Assembly: GCF_009914755.1 (NCBI RefSeq)
Contig: NC_060936.1
Direction: 5' to 3' (one strand)
Length of the DNA: 64,000 nucleotides
Origin: the human T2T-CHM13v2.0 reference genome, Homo sapiens
The notes under the pieces were generated by a model. That model was not told where the DNA came from. It was given only the letters and a program-made list of their open reading frames with translations, and did not search any database. This document shows positions 48,841 through 64,000 of the stretch, piece by piece. Numbering within the stretch: position 1 is the first letter of the stretch; each line of letters opens with the position of its first letter. The position numbers and the translations under genes were made by a program.

Positions 48841-49618
48841 TGCGGTAGGCCAATAATGCCTCTGAAAGGCATGTCCAAGTCTTAATCCATGGAGCCTGAC
48901 CTTATTTGAAGTAGGGCATTTGCAGATGTATTTAAGACATTTGAGGCCGGGCACAGTGGCTCATGTCTGTAATCCCAGCACTTTGAAAGGCCAAGGCAGG
49001 TGGATTCACCTGAGGTCAGGAGTTCGAGACCAGCCTGGCCAACATGGTGAAAAGCCCGTATCTACCAAAAATACAAAAGTTAGCTGGGTGTGGTGGTGGT
49101 GGCGCCTGTAATCCCAGCTACTCGAGAGCCTGAGGCAGGGAGAATCACTTGAACACAGGAGGCAGAGGTTGCAGTAAGCCAAGATCGCGCCATTGCACTC
49201 CAGCCTGGGTGGCAGAGCAAGACTCTGTATCAAGAAAAAAAAAAAAAAAAAAGAAAGAAAAAATAAATTTGAGAATTCATCCTGAGTTATCCGAGTGAGC
49301 CCTAAATGCCATCACAAGTGTCCTTGTAAAAAGAGACAGAGGAAGCAGAAGGCAATGGGACAACAGAAACGGAGAAGTTTGAAGATGCTCTGTTGCTGGC
49401 TTTGAAAATACAGGAAAGCCCACACGATGGAAGAGGCCATGAATGGATTATCATCTGGAGTCTCCATTGAGAATATAGCCCTTCTGCCATCTTGACTTTA
49501 GGTCAGTGAAACGAATGTTGTACTTCTGGTCTCTCTAACTGAGAGAGAATAAATTTATCTTGTTTAAAATCACTAAGTTTGTGATAAGTTGTTACAACAG
49601 CCCCAGGAAACAAATACA
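48841..49618 (+). mobile_element. MLT1C/D solo LTR split by Alu
   Basis: tgcggtaggccaataatg...gccctaaatgccatcacaagtgtcctt...gttacaacagccccaggaaacaaataca. Confidence 0.85.
48945..49267 (+). mobile_element. AluSx-like
   Basis: Full dimer, A tail, short TSD atttgag. Confidence 0.95.
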
Positions 49619-50512
49619 CACTCATTTATTTTATTTTATTGCTTAACATTATGCTTTGTGAGATTGACCTATGTTGTTACATGTAGTTCTAATTTGTTCA
49701 TTTTCATTCCTGAATAATATTCAACATACAATTTTAAAAATTTGTCTTTTTTTAAACAAATAATGCTGCTATGAACATCCTTGCTTGTATTTTGTGGTAC
49801 AAATATGTAAGTGGGTAGCTGCATCCATTTACTTTTTCTCCAACAGTCTATGAGAATTTCCCTTGTTCTGTATCTTCATTTGTAATCATTATTGTTAGTC
49901 TTTTAAAGTTAGACAAAATAGTATGTGTAGAATGGTATGTCATTACAGTTTTAATTTAAATTTCTCCAAAAAATAATGAGCCATTTTCATCAGGACTGAG
50001 CCTAGGGTGAAGCAAGAGAGGCATCTAGGGTACACAACTTAAGGATGCGTTTATTCCCTTTCCTTTCTGTCCTTGTTTGTGATGAATTATTTCTACTTTA
50101 TCAAACAAAAAGTGTAATAGGTATACAATTGATTTTTGCTTTTTGTGCATTTGTTATAAATCCAGTCACCTTACCAAACTGGCTTTTATTTCTAATTGTT
50201 TGTAGATAATTTTTGACATTTGTACATAGCCATGCCATCTCCAAAATAGCATTTACCTTTCCTTTTCAATATTTACAAATTTAACTTCTTTTAATTGCCT
50301 TCTCACACTAGCTGGGGCCACTATAAATCTTTTATACTTGTTTTGATGTCTATAGAAACTGTAGTGATGTCCTCTCTTTTATTAATTTCTCACACTGGTA
50401 ATTTCTGATCTCTCTTTCTGTCTCACTGTTTATCTTTCTGTCACTCTCTTCCCCTCTTTCTCTGTGTGTATGTATGTGTGTGTGTGTGTCTGTATAAAAG
50501 AATTTAAATATA

Positions 50513-50834
50513 CGGATAGTCCTTGACTTAATGATGGTTTGACTTACAATTTTTCGACTTTACAATACTGCAAAACAATCACAATTTCAACATAACGTAC
50601 CATATTCAATACATTACATGAGAGATTCAACACTTTCTGATAAAGTAGTCTTTCTGTTAGATAATTTTGCCCAACTTTAGGCTAATGTTAGTGCACTGAG
50701 CATGTTTAAGGTAGGCTAGGCTAAGCGATGATGCTTGGCAGATTGGGTATATTAAATGCATTTTCTACTTATGATATTTTCAATTATATTGGGCTTATCA
50801 GGATGTAACCCTATCATAAGTTGAGGAACATCTG
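50513..50834. mobile_element. MER47-type (Tigger family) DNA transposon
   Basis: Degenerate TIRs cggatagtccttgacttaatgat ... atcataagttgaggaacatctg with TA on both sides; gtaggctaggctaagc motif. Confidence 0.85.
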
Positions 50835-50920
50835 TACTATAATTATGCAATTATAAAGAGATTCATTATTTTTTCCAGGCAAAACTTTTTTTATTGTTGA
50901 TTTTTCTCTTATATGTCTGC

Positions 50921-51590
50921 TGTATTAGTCAGTTTTCAAATTACTATAAAGATACTACCTGAGACTGGGTAATTTATAAATAAAAATGATTTACTTGATT
51001 CACAGTTCTGCATGGCTGGGGAGGCCTCAGGAAACATACAACCATGACAAAAGGTAAAGGAGAAGCAAGGCACATCTTACATGGCAGCAGGAGAGAGAGC
51101 AGGAAAAACTGCCATTTTCTTTTTTTTGAGACAGAGTCTTGCTGTGTAGCCCAGACTGAAGTGCAATGGTGTGATCTTGGCTCACTGCAACCTCCACCTC
51201 CCAGGTTCAGGTGATTCCCCTGTCTCAGCCTCCTGAGTAGCTGAGATTACAGGCGTGTGCCACTATACCCAGCTATTTTTTTTTTTTTGTCTTTTTAGTA
51301 GAGATGGGGTTTTGCCATGTTGGCCAGCTGGTTTTGAACTCCTGATCTGAAGTGATCCACCCACCTCAGCCTCCCTAAGTGCTCGGATTACAGGTGTGAA
51401 CCATTGCACTGGACAAAACTGCCACTTTTAAAACCATCAGATCTCATGACCTCTCCCTCACTATCACGGGAATAGCATGGAGGAAACCACCCCCATGATC
51501 CAATTACCTCCCACCAAGTCCCTCCTTCAACATGTGGAGATTACAATTAGAGATGAGATTTGGGCAGGGACACAGTGCCAAACCACATCA
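50921..51590 (-). mobile_element. THE1D/MSTA solo LTR split by Alu
   Basis: tgtattagtc...ctgagactgggtaatttataa...gatgagatttgggcagggacacagtgccaaaccacatca. Confidence 0.9.
51115..51414 (-). mobile_element. AluS
   Basis: Reverse dimer; TSD aaaactgcca(t/c)ttt. Confidence 0.93.
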
Positions 51591-53339
51591 TCCTCATTTT
51601 TTTCAATAATTTCTTCATCATATCTCGTCATGTATTTATTTACATGTATTTTTAAATTGAGTACTAGGCATTATATATGAAAACTGAAAGTAATTTGAGG
51701 CCCTGGAAATGTTAACATTCTCTAGAGAGGAATTACATTTGCTCTTTGCAGTAAGCTAAGGACACTAGCAGGTTACTTTAATGCATCCATAAGTGGACAG
51801 ATAATCAGACACTAGTTTTATGTCCCTGAGTGGGCTGGGCTTTATCGAGTGTAGTCTTTGCCCCCAACTCAAAGCCTGGAGGGTACTGTGCTCCAATTCT
51901 CCCCACCACATTCCCTTGCACACTCACACAGTTGCATGCATTTGGCTGCCAAAAGCATTCCTTAGTTTTGCAATCTATTTTTTAACTTCCTAGAATCAGT
52001 AAAAATCTTGAGCTGAAAAGTGATGCTCAATGCCAAGCTCATCTCTTGGATCTGGGCTTTGCAATTTTCCATTGCTTTGTTAACACTTAGTGTCTTGAAG
52101 AAAATTTTGTTGTTGTGTTCCATGGGAGAGTTGATATCAATTACAAATCTGCAGTTACTGGTAGAAGTTCCTGTGGTTTCTATTTTACCTTCAGATTTTA
52201 CTTTTAGACTGCTCTAGTCTACATCTTTTTATAAGAGATCATGTGAGGACAGTTTTTTTTTTTTAATTCTCTTCTGCAACCTCTGGAGTTTTGTAACTTG
52301 CATTATTCTTGTTTTACCAAAATTTATGCCTTTTTTTCTATAGTCTGAAAGAAGTTTTCTTTAGTTGCTTAATCTATGTGCTGTATTTATAGGACTTATT
52401 GTTCATCTGTCATTTCATAAAATGTCTCTTTTTACTTTCTCCTTATTTTGGCTCATTCTTTGGCTAGATTTTTGGGGTGATGTTATCTGAGATCTTTTAT
52501 GTCTATTTGTTGCTTGAATGACCCTTCGGGTTTTACATGATTTTTTCAGCCATTCTTTTATTTTCGTAAAAATGTCCTGGTAACATGTTTCCCCTAAAAA
52601 TCTACATCCAAATCCTTCCTTAATTTAAGGAATCACTACATGATAGTGAACTTTTAGTTCTCTTTTATTCCAATTTAAGTTATCAATGTCAGTGCCAATT
52701 ATTCTTATTCAAGATATCATTGCCTACACTCTTCACATATTACCTTGTTTATAATGACTTGAATCATTTTTGTTTATTAACATACATAGCTACACTCCCC
52801 CCAGAGGAATAGGGAACTCACATATGCAAAAGAAAATCCATGGGAACACCCACAACACAATTTATCCATCATCCAGTATTACTGAGTAAAGGCTCTTGGA
52901 ATAAGAGTTTTCAACACATAGAATATGAAAAACTATAATATGCATACAAAATGTGAGAGGACTTGGACATTTAAAAAAGGACTTCTAGTTGAAAACTAAT
53001 GTGTAGACAAACTAACAGAAAAGATATAGGTGGAATTGATGAGCATAAAATTATTAAATAACAACAAAAAATAGGAGTACATGATAAATATTTTCAAAGT
53101 ATGATATCTGAAAAGGCTAATACAATACATTTTTGACAATTTCCAAGAAAAGTAGAAAGAAGGAAGAAAATTTTTAAAATAAAGATACTACACCTACAGA
53201 TATGAAGAAATTTTAAAACCTCAAGCTGTAGTCATTAAATATGATTATTATCTGCATTTTGAATGCATGCACTCTTTGACTCACCCTTTGACTCTATTGT
53301 TATCATCTCTAGCAGATGCTCAGTGGTCTGATAGGATCA

Positions 53340-53584
53340 GTAACAACACAGCACTATTGCCAAGCCACATGGAAGCATGAAGCAAAAGAAAACCTCAGTA
53401 ATATTGATTTTGTCTTTATTTAAAATGTTAATATATTGTTCATCATGGATTTCCTGCATTAATTTTGATTTAATAAAATATTACATTACCGTTTACATTG
53501 ATTACTGAGTTTATTTGACATCCATTTAGGTTCCTCACCTGAGGCAGCAAGGGCTTCAGGTTCTTCACTCTGAGTCAGGACCTG
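53340..53584 (+). mobile_element. MER96B-like hAT element, right part
   Basis: catggatttcctgcattaattttgattt...ttgattactgagttt...ctgagtcaggacctg. Confidence 0.65.
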
Positions 53585-53859
53585 CACAAGACCTAAAAAT
53601 TTTACATTTATGTCCACTTAGGCAGTTGAGGTCTTGCCTTCTAAGTTTCTCTATAGCTCACTACAAAGAAATGGTGTTGATGTAGGGAGAGGTCTACACT
53701 CTTGTAGTGCTAGTTCCAGGAAGATGCCCATGTGCCCCTGATAGCACTACAGAGTTTAGCAATTTCTGCCTTCACTGCTTATTTTACTTTTTCTCTTCCT
53801 CAGTTTGTTTCCCTTCCAGAGAGCCAGGTCATGGGCACTGGAACTAGACGAATAAGGAT

Positions 53860-54030
53860 TGAAAACCCACTTATGTAACCTTGAATGAGTTATTTTACTT
53901 GTCTGAGTCTCAATTTTCTTATATATTAAGTGAGGATAATTTTTAATTTGTAAGATTCTTGTATAAATAAATATGTACAGAAAGTCCATCACACACCTAG
54001 TCCACAGCATGGACTTAATAAATGTCATTT
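53860..54030 (+). mobile_element. MIR
   Basis: tgtaaccttgaatgagtta...ctgagtctcaattttcttat...cttaataaatgtcatt. Confidence 0.65.
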
Positions 54031-55583
54031 ATCTTTTCTACTCTATTTCTGCTTCCCATTCTTCAACTTACTACTGCAGAGCTAATCCATTAGTTAGTAT
54101 ATAGTAGAAACTGAAAAAAATTGAAATGCATTTCTTTTATTGCTATAATCACAAATATGTTACACAGACCTACCTCAATGCTAGAGTTCATCCATTGAGT
54201 TGGTTCAGTTATGTTTAATATTAGTTTAATATTTCAAACATAGCAAAAATGGTTTATTAGTTACTTATAATAGGTGGAGGAAAGTAATCAATAGCCTTCT
54301 TAGAAACACTCCTATTACTGATCTAAACCCCATTCTTCAGTGAAATTGTTTTGATAATGTATACAATTTCAGAAATTTATATTTTTGCTTCTAAAATCAC
54401 AATGTATTTAGTTAAGAGAAATAAAAATAACTTTAGCTGACTTTATGATATATAAAGTTTATTTTAAACCTTTGCCTTTAAATGAAAAAAAATAATGTTA
54501 TTAGAGGTTTTAAACTTTTCTGTATATAACATCGGGCTAATTTTCACTAGACTGCAAATATTCTTATATGGACAGGCAAATCAGTACTGAATATACAATA
54601 AATTTTATTTTCTATGGATTGTGCCTAAATTACATCAGTTTAGAACAAACACATTTAATAAAAGCCAATAAATGCAGGTGTTCTACGATTGTTATACTTT
54701 TTTCTTTTCAATGAAAAATAGCCAGACCTGTTCCCTGGGGCTGGTTGTAATTATGGATTTTAATGTGAATCAGCTGTCATTTGATGTTCCACCAAGAAAA
54801 TGTTTTTACATTTTAAAGAGCTTTAAGATTTGTTATTTGAGTTAGTGTCCTTTGAATAATGGCTGAGAGAACAGTTTTTTTTCAATTACACAAGTATTTC
54901 TTCATCTATTTAGAGGCTCTGAGGTCAGACTAGATTAAAAACGCACACACGCATTTGTCTCAAGTAATGGTGGAAAGTTACCTCCTTGGTGACTGCAGTA
55001 TGCAAGATTGTGTGTGGTTTGGTTTCTAATCTTTCATTTATTTCCAACATGAAAAAATAACCTTCCTCAGGTAAGAAAAAAACATTGTACTTGGTGAGTT
55101 GCTTTTGATCAAAGAAAGGGTCAATAGTTATTTCCTGAAAATGGTGACAAGAATAAAAAATGGAAAGAAAGATCTATTTTAACTAGCAGTAATGATTTTG
55201 GGGGAGGAATAGGGAGAGTATATGTGAGGAAACAAGGAAGGAAACCGAGAGTAACAGTCACTGACGCCAGTTTGTGAAAGGGATGAGGCTGACCAACATG
55301 CCTTGAGGCCATATCAGAAGATTTTAGTTTTCATATAAAATATTTATATTTCCATCTTTTTTTCCTATATTATGAGGGCAATCAAAAGAATTTTGGCTTT
55401 GTACAGAATTTTCCTACGTATTGATGAAATAAAAATGCCAAGTCTATTCACATTTTCAAGGTTTTACTGAGAATAAAGTTTATACCTAGAAATGATTTTA
55501 ATACAAGCAATGGGCTATTCTAGGAAAACAAAACGGAGAGAGATGGTCTAACAGGAATGATGTAGCAGAATTAACATAAATGC

Positions 55584-55924
55584 TGCTATGCTTTGGTTCT
55601 GTGTCCCCACCCATTCCCACGTGTTGAGGGAGGGAAGTGATAGGATTATGGGGGGGGGTGGTTTCTCCCATGCTGTTCTCGTGATAGCGAATCTCACGAA
55701 ATCTTTTGGTTTTAAAACAGGCAGTTTTTTCCTGTGCTCCTACTTCCCTCTCTTCTGCCACCTTGTGAAGAAAGTGCCTGCTTCCCCTTCACCTGCCGCC
55801 ATGATTGTCAGCTTCCTGAGGCCTCCCCAGCCATGCTGAACTGTGAGTCAATTAAACCTCTGTCCGTTATAAACTACCCAGTCTCAGGCAGTTCTTGACA
55901 GCAGTGCAAAAATGGACTAATACA
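55584..55924 (+). mobile_element. THE1D-like solo LTR
   Basis: tgctatgctttggttctgtgtccccaccca...ctgtgagtcaattaaacctc...aatggactaataca. Confidence 0.9.
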
Positions 55925-56059
55925 AATAGAAAAGATATTATCAATTTCATCCTCCCCAGAACTTTCATGTTTTCATTAGATTTATGAGATATATTTTTCA
56001 ATCTCCTTGAAAATCAACACAAGCCCTTCGTTATCTAGTCTCATCCTAAAATAAAGTAT

Positions 56060-56684
56060 TTGTTTTATATTGGCACCATGACAATTTCAACTAAATTAAT
56101 GGCTTCAGCAACATAAATTATTATCTCACACTTCTGTAGGTCTGAAGTCTGAGTGGGCTCAACCAGCTCCCTGTTCAACATCCGGCAAGGTCCAAACGAA
56201 GGTGACAATCAACAGGGATCTTATTTGGAAGCTCTGGTAAGAGTACATTTCCAGGTTTATTAAGGTTGTTGGCAGAATTTAGTTGTTTGCAGTTGTATCA
56301 CCATTCCCAGTATCTTGTACAGTTGTACGTCATTGTTTTCTTGCCTGTGTCAACTGGTGGTTGCTGGTGTCAGCTCCTAGTAACCTGTCTCCAGACTTCC
56401 TATGTGAGCCTCCACATCGCAAAACCAGCAATGATGCCTCTGAACCTTCTCAGGCAGAATCTTTCTAATTTCTCCCTCTACCAAGCCTCTCTTTATCCAG
56501 CTAAAGAATGTTCTCTGCTTTTAAAGGTTCATATGATTAGATTGGGTTCACCTGGATACTTAAAGATGCTTGCCCTATCTTAAGGTTTGTAACCTTAGTT
56601 ACAGCTACAAAGTCCATTTTGCCATATTCACAGATTCCAGGAATGACGATATGGACATCTTTGGGAGGCTACTGTTCATACCGC
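56060..56684 (-). mobile_element. MLT1D/E-type LTR
   Basis: attattatctcacacttctgtaggtctgaagtc...attagattggg..cacctggata...tggacatctttgggagg. Confidence 0.75.
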
Positions 56685-57420
56685 AAATACTAATCTCACA
56701 ATAATCTGTTTATGGCCTATAATTTGGCCATTACTTCACTGAAACTCATACTCTGCATTTTGTTAAGTATTCACTCTCTGAGCTGAAGCACAGTAATACA
56801 GAAAAACCTAGATGATTCAAAATGAAAAACATCGATAGAGTAAAAAGAATATCAGAAATCATTGGTTTCTGAGACTAATATGCAAAAGTTTACTTTTCCA
56901 TATTTTTTGATAGTATTTTTCCTTGTTTTTAATTGTGATATACTTTAGATAAGATGAAAATGCACAATTTTTAAGTCATTATTCAATGACTTTTGATAAA
57001 AAATGTATGATTGAGCCACCCAACAGCCCATAGAACATTGACATTACCCCAGAAATTTCTCATGCCATTTAACAATCAATTCGCATCACCCTCCAGCCAT
57101 TATTCTCATTTCTATCACTACAGATTGATCTTGCACATTCTGCAACTTTATATAGATGTGATCATACAATACATACTTTTGGTGTTTTTTTTTTTTGTAG
57201 TACTTTTGAGTAGTTTTCAATTATTTGACTATATCACAGCTGTTACAATCCATTCTCCAATTTTAGGGGCCTTTGAGTTCTCTTCAGTTTGGGGTTATCA
57301 AGAATAATTATACTGTTATCTTTATTTCTGTTAGGCTTGACAATATTTCATAATCATGTATTCTTAGAATAATGTGCAATTTATTTATTTAAGCAGTCAT
57401 ACTGATTTTTAGGTAAATAT

Positions 57421-59734
<2,314 letters not shown>

Positions 59735-59996
59735 TCAGAGTTGAATATGGCTACTTTAAGTGACTTCTTCCATTCTCATAAAATAATTAGCAGATTATCC
59801 AGTTTATAAACTTGATGACATTGCTATATAAGATATTGGAAAACAAATTCCATTATATAATATTTGCAGAGATAATTTTTTGAAGTTGATAAGCCACCTT
59901 TCCAGGATTTTTTATGCTACATACAGTTGTTTGGATAAGGACATTCTTATAGATACCTGGCTTCATAATTAATAGAAGCAATTTATCATAACATAC

Positions 59997-60060
59997 CCAC
60001 AGTTAATTTTTTTCTTCACTTTTGCCCTACAATCGGTGCTCTTAAATTCCTTTATAATAT
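59997..60060 (-). CDS. Putative internal exon, 64 nt ((D)IIKEFKSTDCRAKVKKKINC(G))
   Basis: Acceptor ttttctctccatttcttacttctgtgtctttaaag, donor GG|GTATGT; only one of three frames is open, and it is phase-compatible with the upstream exon. Confidence 0.6.
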
Positions 60061-60429
60061 CTTTAAAGACACAGAAGTAAGAAATGGAGAGAAAAATAAG
60101 CCTTAGAAGTCTTTGGGCTCCAAAAATCTTTTCTCTTGGTAACCATAGCAGCTCATGACTCAATAAAATGATAAAAAGACTTCATATTTTGGGGTTAAAA
60201 ATCTTGAATATGTTAGTTTTTCTGACAAATATAATCAGATATGACAATTACTAAATCAGGATATTAAAACTATCATCTCAGGATAATAACAATTATGTAT
60301 TTTCCTGTTGAAACTTTAGATTCTTTGTTGTTTTCATTTTCCCTTAAGGAAAACCTATCTGTCCTTGTGCCCCAGTAGCACTCCACATCTTTGGTAGATG
60401 TGAGTTTACATTTTTTATCACTACTCTTG

Positions 60430-61680
60430 TGATTGAAAAGCATGCTTTAACATTTCTTGCAGTGCTTTTCTGGTGGTAACAAATTCTTTCACCTATTATT
60501 TTAATCTTATTAAAGTGTTAATTTTGCCTTTTGAAGATTATTTTCACTGGATATATAATTCTGAAGTGACTTATTATTTCTTCTCTATACTTTAAATAAT
60601 TTTTAGATTTTCATTTGGCTTACATTTGTTCTGATGAGAAGTCAGAAGTATTTTTTATAATTGTACCCTTTTCTATTGCATGCCTTTTGTCCTGCCTACA
60701 ATTAAGAATTGTGAATTGTATTACTGTGTTGATATTCTACATCTCTCCACTCTCTTCCTTCTTTTCCTCTAAATCCTTGGACGTATTTTAATACCAGCTT
60801 AATAATGCTTGTTTTTATTCTTAACAACATCCTGGCTATCTTAGGTCTGTTTCTATTGCTTATTTTTCTCCTAATTTTCTCATAGGTTTCTGCTATTTTT
60901 GCATGTTTAATAATTGTTTTTATTTTATATTTGATATTTTTCATACTGTATTATTTAGATTCTAGACTTCTGTCTTTGGTAGAAGTGTGTTGAATTTTAT
61001 TTTGAGCAGACAGTTAATTTACTGGCACATTAATTTGATCCAGTTGGTGCCTATTTTTAAGGTTTTAAGGCTGATTTAAGAGTTTTTCTTCTGATAGGAG
61101 TAGATAAGCCCTACTTTGGAAGCTGACTTTCCTGAGTTCTTATTTAAACACTGGGAGATGCTCAGTGAGTCTTTTCACTTTGGCTAGTTCAAACTCTAAT
61201 GGCTTTCAACATTGTTGAACCAGTGAAATCCTCATGCCGCTCATTGCCCCTTAGAAACTGTTCTCTGTGTGGCCTTGTGAAATCTTACTCTGCACATGCA
61301 TAATATGTTGTTCACTCAAAAAATTCAAGAAGACTCATTTGTAGATTTTTAGATCTCTTTCTCAGTTCGACTCTTTCTTCTCTGGAATGTTCTTCATAAA
61401 TTCCAGCCACCTCAGCTGCAACCTACAATCGGTTTCTCCATTCAGAAAAATTGCTGCGATCTATTTGGGCTCCTCTTTTCTTTCCTGTAGTTTTGGAAGT
61501 ATCCCTGTATAAAAGGCCAGCTTTAAATGTGGAGTTCACTTCAAGGATCACGACTCTATGCTGTGTGTTGTAAAATGCTTTAAAATAGGCACATGGTATA
61601 TTTTGTCTAGTTTTATAGTTGTTTACAGCAGAAGATTCAGTCTGAAATCCATTATTTTATTATGGCCAGAACCAGAAGTC
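60430..61680 (-). mobile_element. Old L1M (L1MC/ME-like) fragment
   Basis: T-rich; tttaacatttcttgcagtgc..tctggtggtaacaaattct...attttcactggatatataattct; boundaries approximate. Confidence 0.6.
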
Positions 61681-63700
61681 AAGCACTCTTTTTTAAAAAA
61701 GCACATATTGTGTACCTGCTATCTTCCATGTACCATACCAAGTGTGTTCAAATACATAGTCAAGTCAGCTTTTACTATTAGTTGTTACCCATGAAGGGCT
61801 TACATTTTATTTTATTTTTTTTCAGAGAGAGGGCTTAGGCAGATTTTTATTCAATATCTATGCATTTGCTCATGCTGACTATTTCTGGTATATTTTTACA
61901 TACTTCCTAAACACTATTTGTCTTACAAGATTTATGGCAATTCTTTTTTGCATGTTTTTCTAATTCATCTTCAAAATCAACCTTTCCCAACTTCATTTGT
62001 TCATAAGATAATTTTAAATTCACCTCTGTTAGAGCATTTACCCTGTAGAATTATAGCTATCTCTGTATGTGTCATAAAATCCTAGCAAAATTTTAGGCTG
62101 CAACTGCCACTTTCCTCTCTTTGTGACTCAGCTTGTCAGAATTACAAGTGCACATATTAGGCCATTTCTAAGGGTTCATTGTACTGAATACATGCTACCT
62201 AATTTAACTCACATAATAATCTTGTGAGGTATATAGTATAATTATCATTATGTTTAATAAATGAATTGAGTCTCATATAAGTTACTTATTTATTCTAGTT
62301 TACTAATGTCCATGATAGAACTGAATTCTGAGTTCAAGCTCCGTGTTTCCAACTCGAAATCTACTAATCATCACTATAGCACATTTATCATGCATTGCCT
62401 TCACTGTTGTTAGCCTGACAAATAAGAAAATAATACAATAATCCTTAAATATCAGTAGTATCTCATACAATTTCATATAACTCATTCAATTGTAATCACA
62501 ATTGAAAATGTCTATACAGCTTAATTAGTCTAACTCCCCATTCAATGGCCGTATTTTCTCTACAGTATTCCTAACCATAAGACTTTGTTTTGACCCTGCT
62601 GTTTGTGTCCCCCATCCCTTAAAGCAATCCATGTATCATAGTAATTATTAATTCCTTAGAGTAGTTTACATATGCCATCCTAAAACTTGTATCCACCATT
62701 CCGTTCTCCACCCTTCATGGCTGTATAAAATTTGTCCCCTCGGTCATTCATTGGCTAGCCCTCAAATATTTGAAAACAACTAATGTTGCCTTAAGTCCTC
62801 TTTCTTTCAAGGAAAGCATCATTAGTTGCTTTTCTTTGCTCTTCTTCTTAGATTGGTTTCTAATCTTTACATCAAATATTTTCTGTTTGTGGACAAGATT
62901 TTTAAGGAAATCTAAAACTATGAAACATACTGTCCTGTATGATCATAGTAATCTGTGAGGCTATTATTATCTTAGGTGTTATTACAAATCTCTTACTTTC
63001 CCTTCCCAAGATGAACAACACAGCAACATGAATAAAGAAAATTTTCCCTCTAGTAACTACAAGAGTTAGAGTAACTATGATTTACAGATGAAAACCTAGG
63101 GCCAGAGCCTTCCTGTAGGATATTAGACTTCCTTTTCAAGAGGTGGCCCCCTATATAATATTTTTAAATTATCTGCCCTCTTCCTTCAATTTTGTCACTG
63201 TGTTATGCCCTTTGAAAAGAGACAGTGAAGGAGTTATATTTGGAAATACGCCCCATATTTTTTCTGATCACTGGAATGCAGAGGTGATTATGAATTTTAT
63301 GAGTCGGTAGAGTTATTTTCATTAATTAATTCTACAATCTTAAAAATAGCTCTCACCATAAATCAACAGCTGAATGGTGGGAGTTGGACATAATGGAGAA
63401 AATATGGACTAAAGAGATTATGAATAGGTATTGTAGAGAATCCATATTTTAATTGGGTGTATTAAGTAAACTCTTGGATGGATTAAAATGTTAGGTTCTG
63501 GTTGGATGTGGTTTTCCCTTATGTTTCAGAAATGTGTCAACTCCCAATTTACAACAAAGGCCCAAATTCACAAAAAGAGAAAGACACCTCCTTCCCTACC
63601 TAGTAGAAGAAACTAATATTGCCTTCAGACCATCCATATGCCGTTATTTTTTTATATTGCTCAGACTATAATAGGCAGTGAACTTTCAATAATATATCAC

Positions 63701-63775
63701 CTGATCTTTTGGTGTCTATACGAGAAACCTGTAATCTTTCTCTGATAAAGAGAATAAGCCCATGAGCCAATATAC
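63701..63775 (-). CDS. Putative internal exon, 75 nt (xILAHGLILFIRERLQVSRIDTKRS(D); the alternative frame YIGSWAYSLYQRKITGFSYRHQKI is also open)
   Basis: Acceptor ctgcccctgcctttacacatttgtcag, donor CAG|GTGATA; lies in unique sequence. Confidence 0.55.
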
Positions 63776-64000
63776 CTGACAAATGTGTAAAGGCAGGGGC
63801 AGTGCCCAGGTGTCCCTGAGAAGTCTATATCTGCCACTACTTTCTCAGGGCCACAGAGGGTACATATCTCATGCAAGCAAACACTTGCACTCACATGTGT
63901 GCATGTTTACCCTCTGGATTAGCCCAACTCTCCATTCACCTTTAGTTTTGCCTCATATTTTGGGAGTTCAGATTAGAAAACTGATGTAATCCATCCACAT

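Noticed and set aside
54982-55065. 84-nt minus-strand exon-like open frame (EGYFFMLEINERLETKPHTILHTAVTKE) with donor GAG|GTAACT
   Set aside because: Weak GAG acceptor, and its open phase does not fit the phase-2 end of the 59997-60060 exon; stops appear in the required frame
63701-63775. Resemblance of AYSLYQRK (alternative frame) to the DPY19L VYSMYSRK motif
   Set aside because: Flanking residues do not match and that frame stops early in the next exon; no gene symbol assigned

Overview
AT-rich primate genomic DNA, most likely human or great ape: an L1 carries L1PA2-type 3'UTR diagnostics and AluY-type elements are present. Most of the window is interspersed repeat: at least 15 Alus/FLAM, three young 5'-truncated L1PA copies (one 5'-inverted), old L1M/L2/MIR, MaLR/ERV solo LTRs and DNA transposons. 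Almost every ORF in the supplied track is repeat-derived or a chance frame. The main non-repeat signal is a set of minus-strand exon candidates (63701-63775, 59997-60060, and a terminal exon at about 46136-46356). They have canonical splice sites and can be joined in phase into a C-terminal peptide that I cannot assign to a known protein, so this could be a gene 3' end or a decaying pseudogene whose 5' part lies beyond the window. Other points of note are a ~106-bp locally templated insertion flanked by a perfect 15-bp duplication (18816-18951) and several nested insertions with readable TSDs. No prokaryotic-type system (CRISPR, operon) and no RNA gene was seen. Repeat subfamily calls are from recalled consensus sequences, not from a RepeatMasker run.
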